64,000 nucleotides of DNA from Bacteroidales bacterium (GTDB lineage Bacteria > Bacteroidota > Bacteroidia > Bacteroidales > UBA12077), in NCBI GenBank assembly GCA_028282585.1, contig JANQHR010000040.1:3715-67714 (forward strand). Reading direction: 5' to 3'. This document shows, piece after piece, positions 27,534 through 37,870 of the stretch. A program made the position numbers and the translations under genes. The notes under the pieces were generated by a model that was not told where the DNA came from, did no database searches, and was given only the letters and a program-made list of their open reading frames with translations. The first letter of the stretch is position 1. Each line of letters begins with the position of its first letter.

Positions 27534-30449
27534 TTATAGTGTTTTCTTAACCTCTACTTCTTCGTAACCCTCAACTATATCTCCAACTTTAACATCATTA
27601 AAGTTTTCAATATTTAATCCACATTCATATCCGGATGCAACTTCTTTAACGTCATCTTTAAATCGCTTAAGTGAACCTAGTACTCCTGTATAAATTACAA
27701 TACCTTCTCGAATTAAACGAACTTTTGTATTTCTGTTTATCTTACCTTCTTTCACCATACAACCCGCAATGGTACCGACTTTCTTAATTTTAAACGTTTC
27801 TCTAACCTCTACGGTTGCAACAATTTCTTCTTTAATATCCGGTGATAACATACCTTCCATTGCATCCCTAACTTCATTGATAGCATCATAAATTACAGAA
27901 TATAATCTAATATCAATTTCTTCTTTCTCAGCTAATTTACGAGCATTCATTGAAGGACGAACCTGGAATCCAATAATAATTGCATTTGATGTCGCAGCAA
28001 GTAGAACATCAGATTCTGAAATTTGACCAACACCTTTATGAATAATATTAACCTGAATTTCTTCAGTACTTAGTTTTATTAAAGAATCGGATAATGCCTC
28101 GATAGAACCATCCACATCACCTTTTACAATAATATTGATTTCCTGGAAATTACCAATTGCAATACGACGACCAATTTCATCCAAAGTAATATGCTTTTGA
28201 GTTCGCGTACTTTGCTCACGCTGTAATTGTTCCCGTTTATTTGCAATTTCACGTGCTTCCTTATCACTATCCATAACATTGAACTTGTCACCTGCTTGTG
28301 GTGCTCCGTTTAGTCCTAATATCTGAACAGGAGTTGCTGGTCCAACTTCTTCAATTCTCTTACCACGTTCGTTATACATTGCTTTAGCATGACCAAAAAA
28401 GCTTCCCGCTAAAACAACATCGCCAATTTTTAATGTCCCTGCCTCAACTAAAACGGTAGACATGTAACCACGTCCTTTATCTAATTCGGATTCAATTACA
28501 GTACCTAAAGCTTTTTTATCCGGGTTTGCTTTTAAATCAAGCAATTCTGCTTCCAGAAGAACTTTTTCCAATAATTGATCCATATTGGTTCCCTGTTTTG
28601 CAGATATATCTTGTGATTGATACTTTCCTCCCCATTCTTCAACAAGATAATTCATATTTGCCAGCTCTTCTTTTATTTTTTCAGGATTAGCTCCTGGCTT
28701 ATCTATCTTGTTAATTGCAAATACAATTGGCACACCTGCTGCGCTCGCATGGTTAATCGCTTCAACAGTTTGAGGCATTACATTATCATCCGCAGACACC
28801 ACAATAATTGCAATATCAGTAACTTGGGCACCACGAGCACGCATAGCTGTAAATGCTTCGTGACCCGGAGTATCAAGGAATGTTATTGTTTTTCCTGTTT
28901 CAAGTCCAACACTATAGGCTCCAATATGCTGTGTAATTCCTCCTGCCTCACCGGCAATCACATTAGCTTTACGAATATAGTCAAGCAATGAAGTTTTACC
29001 ATGGTCAACATGACCCATAACAGTAACAATTGGAGGTCTTGAATGTAAGTCCTCTTCTTTATCTTCCTCTTCCTTAATTGCTTCTTGAACTTCTACACTA
29101 ATAAATTCTACTTTATAATTAAACTCATCAGCAACCAAAGCCATGGTTTCAGCGTCAAGTCTTTGATTAATTGAAACCAACAATCCTAAGTTCATACAAA
29201 CCGATATTACATCTGTTGCAGGCACTGCCATCATGGCGGCTAGTTCATTAACCGACACAAACTCTGTTACCTTTAGGATTTGCTTTTCTGCTTCTTGCTT
29301 TTCAAGCTCTTCCTGTTGTTTTTGACTTATCGCATCGCGCTTTTCGCGGCGATGTTTTGCTCCTTTTGATTTACCTTTTGTAGTTAAACGAGCTAACGTA
29401 TCTTTAATTTGCTTTTGAACGTCCTCTTCACTAATCTCAGGACGTAATTGTTTCTTTTTCTTCTTTTTAGATCTAAATTGCTCTCGATCTTCTTGTTTTT
29501 TTTGTGGTTGTCCCTGCTTCTTTTGACCTTCCTCACCTGGTTTTACTTCTACCTTATCTTTGTGTATACGTTTTCTTTTTTTCTTTTTATTCTTTTGATC
29601 ATCAGACGAAGAAGCTACAGGCTCTTTTTTCTTTTCTTTTGGTTTTTCTGGCAAATCAATTTTTCCAACAACTGTTGGCCCCGATAATTTTTCTACCGAT
29701 GACTTATAAACTGAATCTGCCTGAGGTTTCTCCTGTTCAGGTTCTTTCTTTACTTCTTCTGCTTTTCTTTTCTTTTCTGCTTCTTGTTTTACTATTTCTT
29801 CTCTTTTCTTAGCCTCCTCAGCCTTTCTCTTCTTATCAGCTTCCTGTTTTGCAACTCGCTCTTCTTCCTCTCGCTGTTTTTTGCTTTTTTTATCTGGTCT
29901 TGTCTTTTGATTTAATGAATCTAAATCAATTTTTCCAACCACTTTAACAGGTTCTTGGCTTTCAGGTTCAGTTTCTTTTTCTTCTTTCTTTTCTATTTTC
30001 TGTGGAGCTTCAACTTTTTCTTCTACAACAGGTTCTTCTTTAATTTCAACAGGTTCTTTCTCTTCTTCAACTTCCTCTTCTATTTCCGGCTTAGGAGTAA
30101 CTGGTTTAGTGGAACTACTAACATCCTTAATAATTATTTCTTCATCTTTTTCAAATGACTCTTCTTCTTCTTCAACTTTTTCTTCTACATCCTCTTTAAT
30201 ATCATTAATTGATATTGTCTCATTTTTAGTTCTAAGCTGATTCAAACTGAGTTTTTCAGATTCTTTTTTTAGGTCTACATCCGTACTATATTCCTCCACC
30301 AGTAGATTGTACAATTCTGGTGCAATTTTAGTATTAGGATTGGAATCTATATTAAAACCTTTCTTTTTAAGAAAATCAACAATCGTTGATATTCCAACAT
30401 TAAATTCTCTCGCTGCCTTACTTAATCTTGTTGCTTTACCTGTTGTCAT
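27534..30449 (-). CDS. infB: Translation initiation factor IF-2
   Basis: GTPase motifs [14 protein letters not shown] and NKID. K/E-rich N-terminal low-complexity region. Sits downstream of nusA. Confidence 0.97.
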   Translation of the reverse strand: MTTGKATRLSKAAREFNVGISTIVDFLKKKGFNIDSNPNTKIAPELYNLLVEEYSTDVDLKKESEKLSLNQLRTKNETISINDIKEDVEEKVEEEEESFEKDEEIIIKDVSSSTKPVTPKPEIEEEVEEEKEPVEIKEEPVVEEKVEAPQKIEKKEEKETEPESQEPVKVVGKIDLDSLNQKTRPDKKSKKQREEEERVAKQEADKKRKAEEAKKREEIVKQEAEKKRKAEEVKKEPEQEKPQADSVYKSSVEKLSGPTVVGKIDLPEKPKEKKKEPVASSSDDQKNKKKKRKRIHKDKVEVKPGEEGQKKQGQPQKKQEDREQFRSKKKKKKQLRPEISEEDVQKQIKDTLARLTTKGKSKGAKHRREKRDAISQKQQEELEKQEAEKQILKVTEFVSVNELAAMMAVPATDVISVCMNLGLLVSINQRLDAETMALVADEFNYKVEFISVEVQEAIKEEEDKEEDLHSRPPIVTVMGHVDHGKTSLLDYIRKANVIAGEAGGITQHIGAYSVGLETGKTITFLDTPGHEAFTAMRARGAQVTDIAIIVVSADDNVMPQTVEAINHASAAGVPIVFAINKIDKPGANPEKIKEELANMNYLVEEWGGKYQSQDISAKQGTNMDQLLEKVLLEAELLDLKANPDKKALGTVIESELDKGRGYMSTVLVEAGTLKIGDVVLAGSFFGHAKAMYNERGKRIEEVGPATPVQILGLNGAPQAGDKFNVMDSDKEAREIANKREQLQREQSTRTQKHITLDEIGRRIAIGNFQEINIIVKGDVDGSIEALSDSLIKLSTEEIQVNIIHKGVGQISESDVLLAATSNAIIIGFQVRPSMNARKLAEKEEIDIRLYSVIYDAINEVRDAMEGMLSPDIKEEIVATVEVRETFKIKKVGTIAGCMVKEGKINRNTKVRLIREGIVIYTGVLGSLKRFKDDVKEVASGYECGLNIENFNDVKVGDIVEGYEEVEVKKTL

Positions 30450-30519
30450 ATTGTAATTCTAAACCAATTTTATATTTCCCAAAACTAAATTTCTGCTAAT
30501 TTATAACTAAAGTAATGAA

Positions 30520-31758
30520 TTATTCAAATTCTGATTTGAAAATCTGAATAATTTCATCAACTGTTTCTTCCTCTAAATCAGTTCTTTTAATTAAATCTTC
30601 CCGTGATAACTCAAGAACACTCTTAGCTGTATCACATCCTACAGCCTTTAGTGCATCTAAAACCCAACCTTCAATCTCATCTGCAAATTCATCTATATTA
30701 ACATCTTCTTCGTCTTCTTCATCAGTTTCACGGTAAACATCAATTTCATATCCGGTAAGCTGACTTGCCAATTTAATGTTTAAACCTCCTTTACCAATTG
30801 CCAAAGATACTTCTTCCGGTAATAAATAAACATCTGCTCGTTTATCTTCTTCGTTAAGTTTTATAGAAATTATCTTAGCCGGGCTTAATGCTCTCTGAAT
30901 AAATAATTGTGTATTGTTTGTATAGTTAATTACATCAATATTTTCATTTCTTAATTCTCGAACAATTCCATGAATTCTTGAACCTTTCATACCAACACAT
31001 GCACCCACAGGATCAATTCTTTCATCGTAGGACTCAACAGCAACTTTGGCTCTTTCTCCCGGAATCCGAACAATATTCTTAATTGTAATTAATCCATCAA
31101 AGATTTCCGGAACCTCAAGTTCAAACAATCTTTCAAGGAAAACCGGGCTAATACGTGATAAAATAATTAACGGATTATTATTTCTCATTTCAACACGCAC
31201 AACAACTGCACGAATTGTATCTCCTTTTCTGAAATAATCCGAAGGTATTTGTTCTGATTTTGGTAAAATCAATTCATTTCCCTCATCATCTAACGTAAGA
31301 ATTTCTTTTTTCCACACCTGATAAACTTCACCTGTTACAATATCTCCAATCTTATCTTTATACTTATTGTAAATATTATTCTTTTCAAGATCAAGGATTC
31401 GGTTTGTTAGATTTTGCCTTAACGCTAAAATTGCCCTGCGCCCAAAATCAAGAAGTTTTACTTCATCTGTAACTTCTTCACCAATTTCATAATCTTCATC
31501 TATCTTTTTAGCTTCCTTTAAAGTAATCTGAAGGTTTGGATCTTCTAACTCTCCCTCTTCAACAACCTCACGGTTTCTCCAAATTTCAAAATCTCCCTTA
31601 TCGATATTAATGATTATATCGAAGTTTTCATCAGTTCCAAATTTCTTAAGTAATAAACTACGGAAAACGTCTTCCAGAACTGTCATCATCGTTGCACGAT
31701 CGATATTCTTAAGCTCCTTAAATTCAGAAAAGGTGTCGATCAAATTCAAATTTTCCAT
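30520..31758 (-). CDS. nusA: Transcription termination/antitermination factor NusA
   Basis: S1 and KH domains (GACVGMKGSRI, AIGKGGLNIKLA). Operon position between rimP and infB. Confidence 0.97.
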   Translation of the reverse strand: MENLNLIDTFSEFKELKNIDRATMMTVLEDVFRSLLLKKFGTDENFDIIINIDKGDFEIWRNREVVEEGELEDPNLQITLKEAKKIDEDYEIGEEVTDEVKLLDFGRRAILALRQNLTNRILDLEKNNIYNKYKDKIGDIVTGEVYQVWKKEILTLDDEGNELILPKSEQIPSDYFRKGDTIRAVVVRVEMRNNNPLIILSRISPVFLERLFELEVPEIFDGLITIKNIVRIPGERAKVAVESYDERIDPVGACVGMKGSRIHGIVRELRNENIDVINYTNNTQLFIQRALSPAKIISIKLNEEDKRADVYLLPEEVSLAIGKGGLNIKLASQLTGYEIDVYRETDEEDEEDVNIDEFADEIEGWVLDALKAVGCDTAKSVLELSREDLIKRTDLEEETVDEIIQIFKSEFE

Positions 31759-31778
31759 TCTACTTATATATTTTTAGC

Positions 31779-32246
31779 TTATTTAAACTTTATAATAACC
31801 TTTGTTGACTTTACCTGATCGTAAGCATAGTTATGTTTTTCAATCACATTTTGCTTTTTCTTCTTACCCTCAACTTTTACCATTTTAGATTCTTCAATTT
31901 CAAATTCATTTTCGGTAACATTTGAAAGTATTCCTTTTATCTTAATTCCTTCTGTTGTAATTATTTCAACATCTTTCCCAATATTCTTTTTATATTGCTC
32001 AATTACTCTAAAAGGCTCTGATAAACCAGCAGAAGAAACCTCTAACTCAAAATCTTCTGCATCTCGGTCCAGCTTACTTTCTACTAAACGACTAACCTCA
32101 ACACAATCATCAATTGTAAATCCCTCCATACTATCAATTAAAATATTGATCTTATTCGACGAACTTACGTTTATATCAACTATAAAAGCTTCTTTTTCCT
32201 TTATAATGTCCGATATAATTTCTTGTATAGCTTCTTTCGTTATCAT
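31779..32246 (-). CDS. rimP: Ribosome maturation factor RimP
   Basis: 155 aa, immediately upstream of nusA, with the LEVSSAGLSEP motif. Confidence 0.9.
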   Translation of the reverse strand: MITKEAIQEIISDIIKEKEAFIVDINVSSSNKINILIDSMEGFTIDDCVEVSRLVESKLDRDAEDFELEVSSAGLSEPFRVIEQYKKNIGKDVEIITTEGIKIKGILSNVTENEFEIEESKMVKVEGKKKKQNVIEKHNYAYDQVKSTKVIIKFK

Positions 32247-32269
32247 TGCTTTGAATTAAGATAATAATA

Positions 32270-32288
32270 AAGGGGACTATGTCCCCTT
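32270..32288 (-). promoter_or_regulatory. Leader hairpin in rimP 5' UTR (possible attenuator)
   Basis: AAGGGGAC-TAT-GTCCCCTT perfect 8-bp stem, followed on the minus strand by TTATTATTATCTT. It lies between the -7 box and the rimP ATG. Confidence 0.35.
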
Positions 32289-32313
32289 ACACAAATCAAG
32301 CATAATTCAGCCG

Positions 32314-32321
32314 CAAAAGTA
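32314..32321 (-). promoter_or_regulatory. Bacteroidota-type -7 box (TACTTTTG on minus strand) for rimP-nusA-infB
   Basis: Plus-strand CAAAAGTA, ~68 nt upstream of the rimP ATG. Confidence 0.4.
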
Positions 32322-32448
32322 TAAATAAACTTACAAATCTCAAAATTATTAATCTGAAAATTAGGGTTTTTTGAGTTATTTGAATCAATTATTTCTTAAA
32401 TTGTGTTTTAGCATGATCATTTAAGCTAGTGATTTACCTAAAATCTTT

Positions 32449-32456
32449 TATTTTTG
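32449..32456 (+). promoter_or_regulatory. Bacteroidota-type -7 box (TATTTTTG)
   Basis: Matches TAnnTTTG, 23 nt upstream of the GTG start at 32479. Confidence 0.4.
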
Positions 32457-32478
32457 CTATTTACTAATACTTCCTGAT

Positions 32479-33738
32479 GTGCAAGAAAATTGGCAAAATA
32501 AGAGAAAAATTGTAAATGATCCTGTTTATGGATTAATCAATATTCCTTCAGAGACTGTTTATGATATAATTGAGCATAAATATTTTCAAAGATTACGAAG
32601 AATAAAACAATTAGGTTTAACTGACTATGTATATCCGGGAGCTGAACACACCAGGTTTCAACATACTTTAGGAGCGGTTCATTTATTAACTCTTGCAATC
32701 AATGTTCTTAAATCTAAAAATATTGAGATTACAGAAGAGGAAGAGGAGGCGGTTTCGCTGGCAATTTTACTTCACGATATTGGACATGGTCCTTTTTCAC
32801 ATACATTGGAAAAAATTATCGTTGAAAAGTATAGCCATGAGGAACTTTCAATTCTTTTCATGGAATCTTTAAATGAAGAATTTAATGGCAAGTTAAGTTT
32901 AGCAATTAAAATTTTCAAAAATCAATATCACAAAAAATTCTTACATCAGTTAGTTTCAAGCCAACTTGATGTTGACAGGCTTGATTATTTGCGAAGGGAT
33001 AGCTTTTATACCGGGGTTTCGGAAGGCATTGTAAGTTCAGACAGAATTATTAAAATGCTTAACGTAGTTAACGATCAATTGGTTGTTGAAGCAAAAGGAA
33101 CTCATTCCATAGAAAAATTCCTTATAGCCCGTTGGTTAATGTATTGGCAGGTTTATTTACATAAAACCGTTGTGTCAGTTGAGCAATTGCTTATTAAAAT
33201 AATGATGCGAGTAAAATCCCTGATTTCTAATGATGAAGAAGTTTTTCTAAATAAAAATCTAGCTCTACTTTTAAAAAATCCAGCTTTATCCAACATTGAA
33301 AATAAAGATTTACTCAATGCTTTTTCTTCTATTGACGATACCGACATTTTTAGTTCTTTAAAAGAATGGGTTCATTCATCAGATCATATATTATCTGCAC
33401 TTGTTAACAAATTATTATATCGTAGGTTATTTAAAATAGAAATACAGGATTCTCCTTTTGATCAAAACAAAATTGATGATTTAAAGGATGAAGTATTTAA
33501 AAAAATGAATATCTCAAAAGATGATATTGATTATTTTGTTTTTACGAACAATATAAGTAAAAATGCATATAGTGCGTTTGATGATAAGATTCGGATTTTA
33601 TACAAAAACGGTGAGCTTGTTGACATTACTGAAGCTTCAGACATGTTAAACATGTCAATATTATCAAAAACCGTTCGTAAATATTTTTTGTGTTATCCGA
33701 AAGAAATAGTTTCTAATTCAAATTCACAATCCTTATAG
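32479..33738 (+). CDS. HD-domain metal-dependent phosphohydrolase
   Basis: RFQHTLGA...LLHDIGHGPFSH...DVDRLDYLRRD motifs. The start is GTG, with no in-frame ATG before the conserved KIVNDPVYG region. Confidence 0.8.
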   Translation: MQENWQNKRKIVNDPVYGLINIPSETVYDIIEHKYFQRLRRIKQLGLTDYVYPGAEHTRFQHTLGAVHLLTLAINVLKSKNIEITEEEEEAVSLAILLHDIGHGPFSHTLEKIIVEKYSHEELSILFMESLNEEFNGKLSLAIKIFKNQYHKKFLHQLVSSQLDVDRLDYLRRDSFYTGVSEGIVSSDRIIKMLNVVNDQLVVEAKGTHSIEKFLIARWLMYWQVYLHKTVVSVEQLLIKIMMRVKSLISNDEEVFLNKNLALLLKNPALSNIENKDLLNAFSSIDDTDIFSSLKEWVHSSDHILSALVNKLLYRRLFKIEIQDSPFDQNKIDDLKDEVFKKMNISKDDIDYFVFTNNISKNAYSAFDDKIRILYKNGELVDITEASDMLNMSILSKTVRKYFLCYPKEIVSNSNSQSL

Positions 33739-33950
33739 TAACTTTTTACTTGCTTAAAGTTTTTAGAATTATATAGGACATAATGAAAATATAGAATTTT
33801 GTATTGCTTTTTATTTTCGAAATTTTCCAACACTCCATTCATCCCTTTTATTAGCAAACTAAAATCGCGATCTTAATTTAGCTACTTGAATCATACTAAT
33901 TATTAATATTAATACTATTTTTGTCGATATACATTTTAAACCTAATAAAA

Positions 33951-34988
33951 ATGGAATTTACCGCGAAGGCTATTGCCGAATTTTTGCAAGGAGAAGTTGT
34001 TGGAGATCCTGAAGTCAAAGTAAATAATGTTGCTAAAATAGAAGAAGCCTCACCAGGAACTCTAGCTTTTCTTTCTAATCCAAAATACAATAAATATTTA
34101 TATACTACGGAAGCTTCTATTGTTCTAATAAACTTAGACATGGAACTTGAAAAGGAAGTTTCTGCAACATTGATAAAAGTTGAAAATGCTTATGAAAGTT
34201 TTGCTAAACTTTTAGAACTTGCTGAGCAGGCCAGGCCAATTAAACAAGGCGTTTCTGAATTAGCCTTTATAGAAAAATCCGCCACAATAGGCGATGGTGC
34301 TTATATTGCCCCATTTGTTTATATAGGAGAGAATGTTGTTATTGAAGACAATGTTAAACTATTCCCACATGTTTTTATTGATGATAACGTTACCGTAAAA
34401 AAGAACTCTACATTAAATTCGGGAGTAAAAGTATATCATGAATGTAAAATTGGAGAAAACTGTATAATTCATGCAGGTGCTGTAATTGGATCAGATGGTT
34501 TTGGTTTTGCTCCTGACGAAAACAATGTATACAGAAAAATCCCTCAATTAGGAAATGTGATAATTGAAAATAATGTTGAAGTAGGATCCAATACTACTAT
34601 TGATAGAGCAACAATGGGATCAACCATCGTTAAACAAGGTGTTAAATTAGATAACTTAAACCAAATAGGACACAATGTTCAAATTGGTGAAAATACAGTT
34701 ATAGCAGCTCAGAGTGGTATCGCAGGAACAACAAAAATTGGTAAAAATTGTCAGTTTGGTGGGCAATCGGGTATAGCACCGCATATTCAGATTGCAGATG
34801 GTGTAAAAGTTACTCCTCAAGCCGGGATTCCAAACAGTATTAAAGAACCAGGAAGCATTGTAATGGGAACACCTGCTTTTAATATAAGAGAGTTCCAAAG
34901 ATCATTTATTGTTTACAAACAACTACCCGATCTATTTAAAAGAGTCAAAGAACTAGAAAACGAAATTAGAAGACTTAAAGGGGAATAA
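33951..34988 (+). CDS. lpxD: UDP-3-O-acylglucosamine N-acyltransferase
   Basis: Left-handed beta-helix hexapeptide repeats. N-terminal MEFTAKAIAEFL..G pattern. Sits in the lpx cluster. The ATG at 33951 is preferred to the TTG at 33921. Confidence 0.9.
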   Translation: MEFTAKAIAEFLQGEVVGDPEVKVNNVAKIEEASPGTLAFLSNPKYNKYLYTTEASIVLINLDMELEKEVSATLIKVENAYESFAKLLELAEQARPIKQGVSELAFIEKSATIGDGAYIAPFVYIGENVVIEDNVKLFPHVFIDDNVTVKKNSTLNSGVKVYHECKIGENCIIHAGAVIGSDGFGFAPDENNVYRKIPQLGNVIIENNVEVGSNTTIDRATMGSTIVKQGVKLDNLNQIGHNVQIGENTVIAAQSGIAGTTKIGKNCQFGGQSGIAPHIQIADGVKVTPQAGIPNSIKEPGSIVMGTPAFNIREFQRSFIVYKQLPDLFKRVKELENEIRRLKGE

Positions 34989-35104
34989 AAACAATTTACC
35001 TTTACTTAAAATTATTATTCGAATTTCTTATAAGGTTATTTAATAAGTTTTTTTGTAACTTGCGGCGTTTTTTTTATACTTGAAATTATTTTAAAAATTA
35101 TAAT

Positions 35105-36496
35105 ATGTCGCAAATGCAAAAAACACTTCGTGCTCCCGTATCAATTAAAGGGAAAGGATTACATACAGGATACGACGTTGCTGTAACATTCAAACCTGCT
35201 CCGGAAAATCACGGGTACAAATTTCAACGTGTTGATTTAGAAGGAAAACCTTTCATAAATGCAGATGCCGATAATGTTGTGGAAACATCAAGGGGAACAG
35301 TTCTGGAAGAGAATGGAGTACGCATTCATACGATAGAACACATGTTAGCTTCTCTTGTAGGATTTGAAGTTGACAATGTATTAATTGAAATGTCAGGCCC
35401 TGAAGCACCAATTCTTGATGGTAGCGCAATTAAATATGTTGAAGCTATAAAATCTGTTGGAATTCAGGAACAAAATGTAGAAAGAAATTTCTACGAAATA
35501 AAAGAAAGAACAGTATTTCGCGACGAAAAGAACAATGTTGAGTTAGTTGCATATCCTGATACAGAATTTTCTGTTGATGTAATGGTCGACTATAACTCAA
35601 AAGTTTTAGGACACCAATATGCTTCCTACCATCCAACACATGACTTCGAAAATGAAATAGCTCCTTCAAGAACTTTTGTGTTTTTTCATGAATTGGAGCA
35701 ACTTTTAAAACATAATCTTATAAAAGGTGGAGATTTGCAGAATGCGATAGTTATTATGGAAAATGAGGTTTCGCAGGAAGAACTTGATCGAATGGCTGAT
35801 TTATTCAACAAACCTCATGTAAAGGTAAAAGAAGGTATTCTTAACAATGTTGATTTAAGGTTTAGCAACGAACCTGCAAGACATAAATTACTTGATGTTT
35901 TAGGAGATTTAGCATTAATAGGTCAACCGATTAAAGGTAAGATCGTAGCATCAAGGCCTGGGCATTATGCAAATACGCAACTTGCAAAGGTTATAAAGGA
36001 AACAATTAGAAAAGAATTATCAAGAATAGCAATTCCAAAATATGATCCTAATAAAGAACCTGTTTACGATATTAATCAGATTAAGAATATGCTTCCTCAC
36101 AGGTATCCATTCTTGTTGATAGATAAAATTATCGACTTGGATGATAAATCTGTAATTGGTATTAAGAATGTTACCATGAATGAAAATTTCTTTTTAGGAC
36201 ATTTCCCTCATGAACCAATTATGCCAGGAGTTCTGCAAATTGAAGCTATGGCTCAGGTAGGAGGTATTTTAGCTTTAAGTAAAGTTGACGATCCTGAAAA
36301 TTACGGAACTTTATTCTTAAAAATTGATAAGGTAAGATTTAAAAGAAAGGTAGGGCCCGGTGATACAATTGTTTTTAGATTAGAATTATTGGCACCAATT
36401 CGTAGAGGTATAGTTAATATGTTCGGACAAGCATTTGTTGGTGACGAACTGGCAATGGAAGGTGAATTAATGGCTCAAATTTCTAAAATTAAATAA
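35105..36496 (+). CDS. lpxC: Bifunctional UDP-3-O-acyl-GlcNAc deacetylase / 3-hydroxyacyl-ACP dehydratase (LpxC/FabZ fusion)
   Basis: LpxC N-terminal part (GKGLHTG, TIEHMLA, HKLLD.LGDL) fused to FabZ hot-dog (LPHRYPFLLIDKI, GHFPHEPIMPGVL). Confidence 0.95.
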   Translation: MSQMQKTLRAPVSIKGKGLHTGYDVAVTFKPAPENHGYKFQRVDLEGKPFINADADNVVETSRGTVLEENGVRIHTIEHMLASLVGFEVDNVLIEMSGPEAPILDGSAIKYVEAIKSVGIQEQNVERNFYEIKERTVFRDEKNNVELVAYPDTEFSVDVMVDYNSKVLGHQYASYHPTHDFENEIAPSRTFVFFHELEQLLKHNLIKGGDLQNAIVIMENEVSQEELDRMADLFNKPHVKVKEGILNNVDLRFSNEPARHKLLDVLGDLALIGQPIKGKIVASRPGHYANTQLAKVIKETIRKELSRIAIPKYDPNKEPVYDINQIKNMLPHRYPFLLIDKIIDLDDKSVIGIKNVTMNENFFLGHFPHEPIMPGVLQIEAMAQVGGILALSKVDDPENYGTLFLKIDKVRFKRKVGPGDTIVFRLELLAPIRRGIVNMFGQAFVGDELAMEGELMAQISKIK

Positions 36497-36506
36497 TATA
36501 ATTCCT

Positions 36507-37289
36507 ATGATAAGCGAATTAGCATATATACATCCTGATGCAAAACTGGGAAATAATGTTAAAGTAGAAGCGTTTGCATGGATTGATAAAAATGTAGTAA
36601 TTGGAGATTACACCTGGGTTGGCCCAAATGCAACAATTATGGAAGGGGCAAGAATAGGTAAGAGTTGCAAAATATTCCCAGGCGCAGTTGTATCGGCAAT
36701 TCCACAAGATCTAAAATTTAATGGTGAGGAGACAACCGCTGAAATTGGAGATAATACTACATTACGCGAGTGCGTAACAGTAAACCGGGGAACAGCTTCA
36801 AAAGGAAAAACTGTAGTTGGAAATAATTGTCTTTTAATGGCCTATGTTCACATTGGACATGATAGTTTTTTAGGTAATAATATCATAATATCAAACAGTA
36901 CGAATGTAGCAGGTGAAATTATTATTGATGATTTTGCTATAATAAGCGGAGATGTTCAAATTCATCAATTTGTTCATATTGGCGGTCATGTTATGATATC
37001 AGGTGGATCATTAGTGCGTAAAGATGTTCCTCCTTATATCACGGTCGCCCATGAACCTGTTTCTTATGTTGGAGTAAATTCAATTGGTTTACGCCGAAGA
37101 GGTTTCACTAATGAACAAATCACGTTAATACAAGATATTTATAGAGAGATTTTTGTTAAAGAACAAAATGTTACACAAGCTTTAAAATACATAGAATCTG
37201 AAATTGAGGTAACTCAGGAGCGGGATTATATACTCGATTTTGTGAAAAATTCAGAAAGGGGAATAGTAAGAGGATATAACGGGGTTTAA
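36507..37289 (+). CDS. lpxA: Acyl-ACP--UDP-GlcNAc O-acyltransferase
   Basis: Hexapeptide repeats and C-terminal helical domain. 260 aa, 10 nt after lpxC/fabZ. Confidence 0.95.
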   Translation: MISELAYIHPDAKLGNNVKVEAFAWIDKNVVIGDYTWVGPNATIMEGARIGKSCKIFPGAVVSAIPQDLKFNGEETTAEIGDNTTLRECVTVNRGTASKGKTVVGNNCLLMAYVHIGHDSFLGNNIIISNSTNVAGEIIIDDFAIISGDVQIHQFVHIGGHVMISGGSLVRKDVPPYITVAHEPVSYVGVNSIGLRRRGFTNEQITLIQDIYREIFVKEQNVTQALKYIESEIEVTQERDYILDFVKNSERGIVRGYNGV

Positions 37290-37795
37290 TAGTTTACAGT
37301 CTCCAATAATTCAAAATCTTTTTCGTGACCATTTTTTTTTATTGTTTCCCAATATTTAAGGGAAATTTCTCCTGTTTTGCCGGTAAGTTTATTTTTAACT
37401 TTGAGTCTTGTTCTTTCTTTTACCTGAACTTCTTTCATATTAAACTCAAAAGGTATTTTAATCATTGACTGAAGATCATCTCCGATCTCCAGAACTGTTT
37501 CATCTCCCTCCTCATATGTCCACAAGATTTTCATATTAAAACCTGCCTGAAATTTCTGATCAAATCGTTTTAAAAGATCACAAATTTTTTTGGTAGAACA
37601 GCTATTTAAATATGAAAATTCTAAATCTATTTTTGTAAAACCTGCAGGATTTTCCAAATATTCATTAACCCATTCTTCAACAGGTTTAATAAAAAGCCTA
37701 ATATTTTCTGGCATTAAACGCCCTTCAATTCTTACTAATCCTTCTTCCAAAAAAACATAAGGAGTATCTATTGATTGTTCTATTTCCAGGCTCAT
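37286..37795 (-). CDS. SiaC-family (DUF1987) regulatory phosphoprotein homologue with C-terminal extension
   Basis: The first ~118 aa carry TPYV..G.V.IEGRLMPEN...PV.EWV.EYL...IDLEFSYLNSCSTKK...ILWTYEE...IPFEF, which aligns with my memory of P. aeruginosa SiaC. There is an extra ~50-aa basic tail. Confidence 0.7.
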   Translation of the reverse strand: MSLEIEQSIDTPYVFLEEGLVRIEGRLMPENIRLFIKPVEEWVNEYLENPAGFTKIDLEFSYLNSCSTKKICDLLKRFDQKFQAGFNMKILWTYEEGDETVLEIGDDLQSMIKIPFEFNMKEVQVKERTRLKVKNKLTGKTGEISLKYWETIKKNGHEKDFELLETVNY

Positions 37796-37870
37796 TTTAC
37801 AAATATATTTTTACTTCTATTTTGTTTTATTACGTAATGTATTTATTTTGGTTACTTAAAAGCTAATGTT

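Noticed and set aside
28617-30158. Plus-strand ORFs of 67-124 aa inside infB (28617-28991, 29448-29687, 29504-29812, 29955-30158).
   Set aside because: They are antisense to a confidently identified IF-2 gene. They arise from the mirrored K/E-rich low-complexity region, giving F/L/S-rich nonsense peptides, and have no start context or motifs.
33896-34141. 81-aa minus-strand ORF overlapping the lpxD start, and the TTG start at 33921 for lpxD.
   Set aside because: It is antisense to lpxD. The LpxD family N-terminus begins at MEFTAKAIAEFL (ATG 33951), and the 10 extra codons from the TTG have no support.
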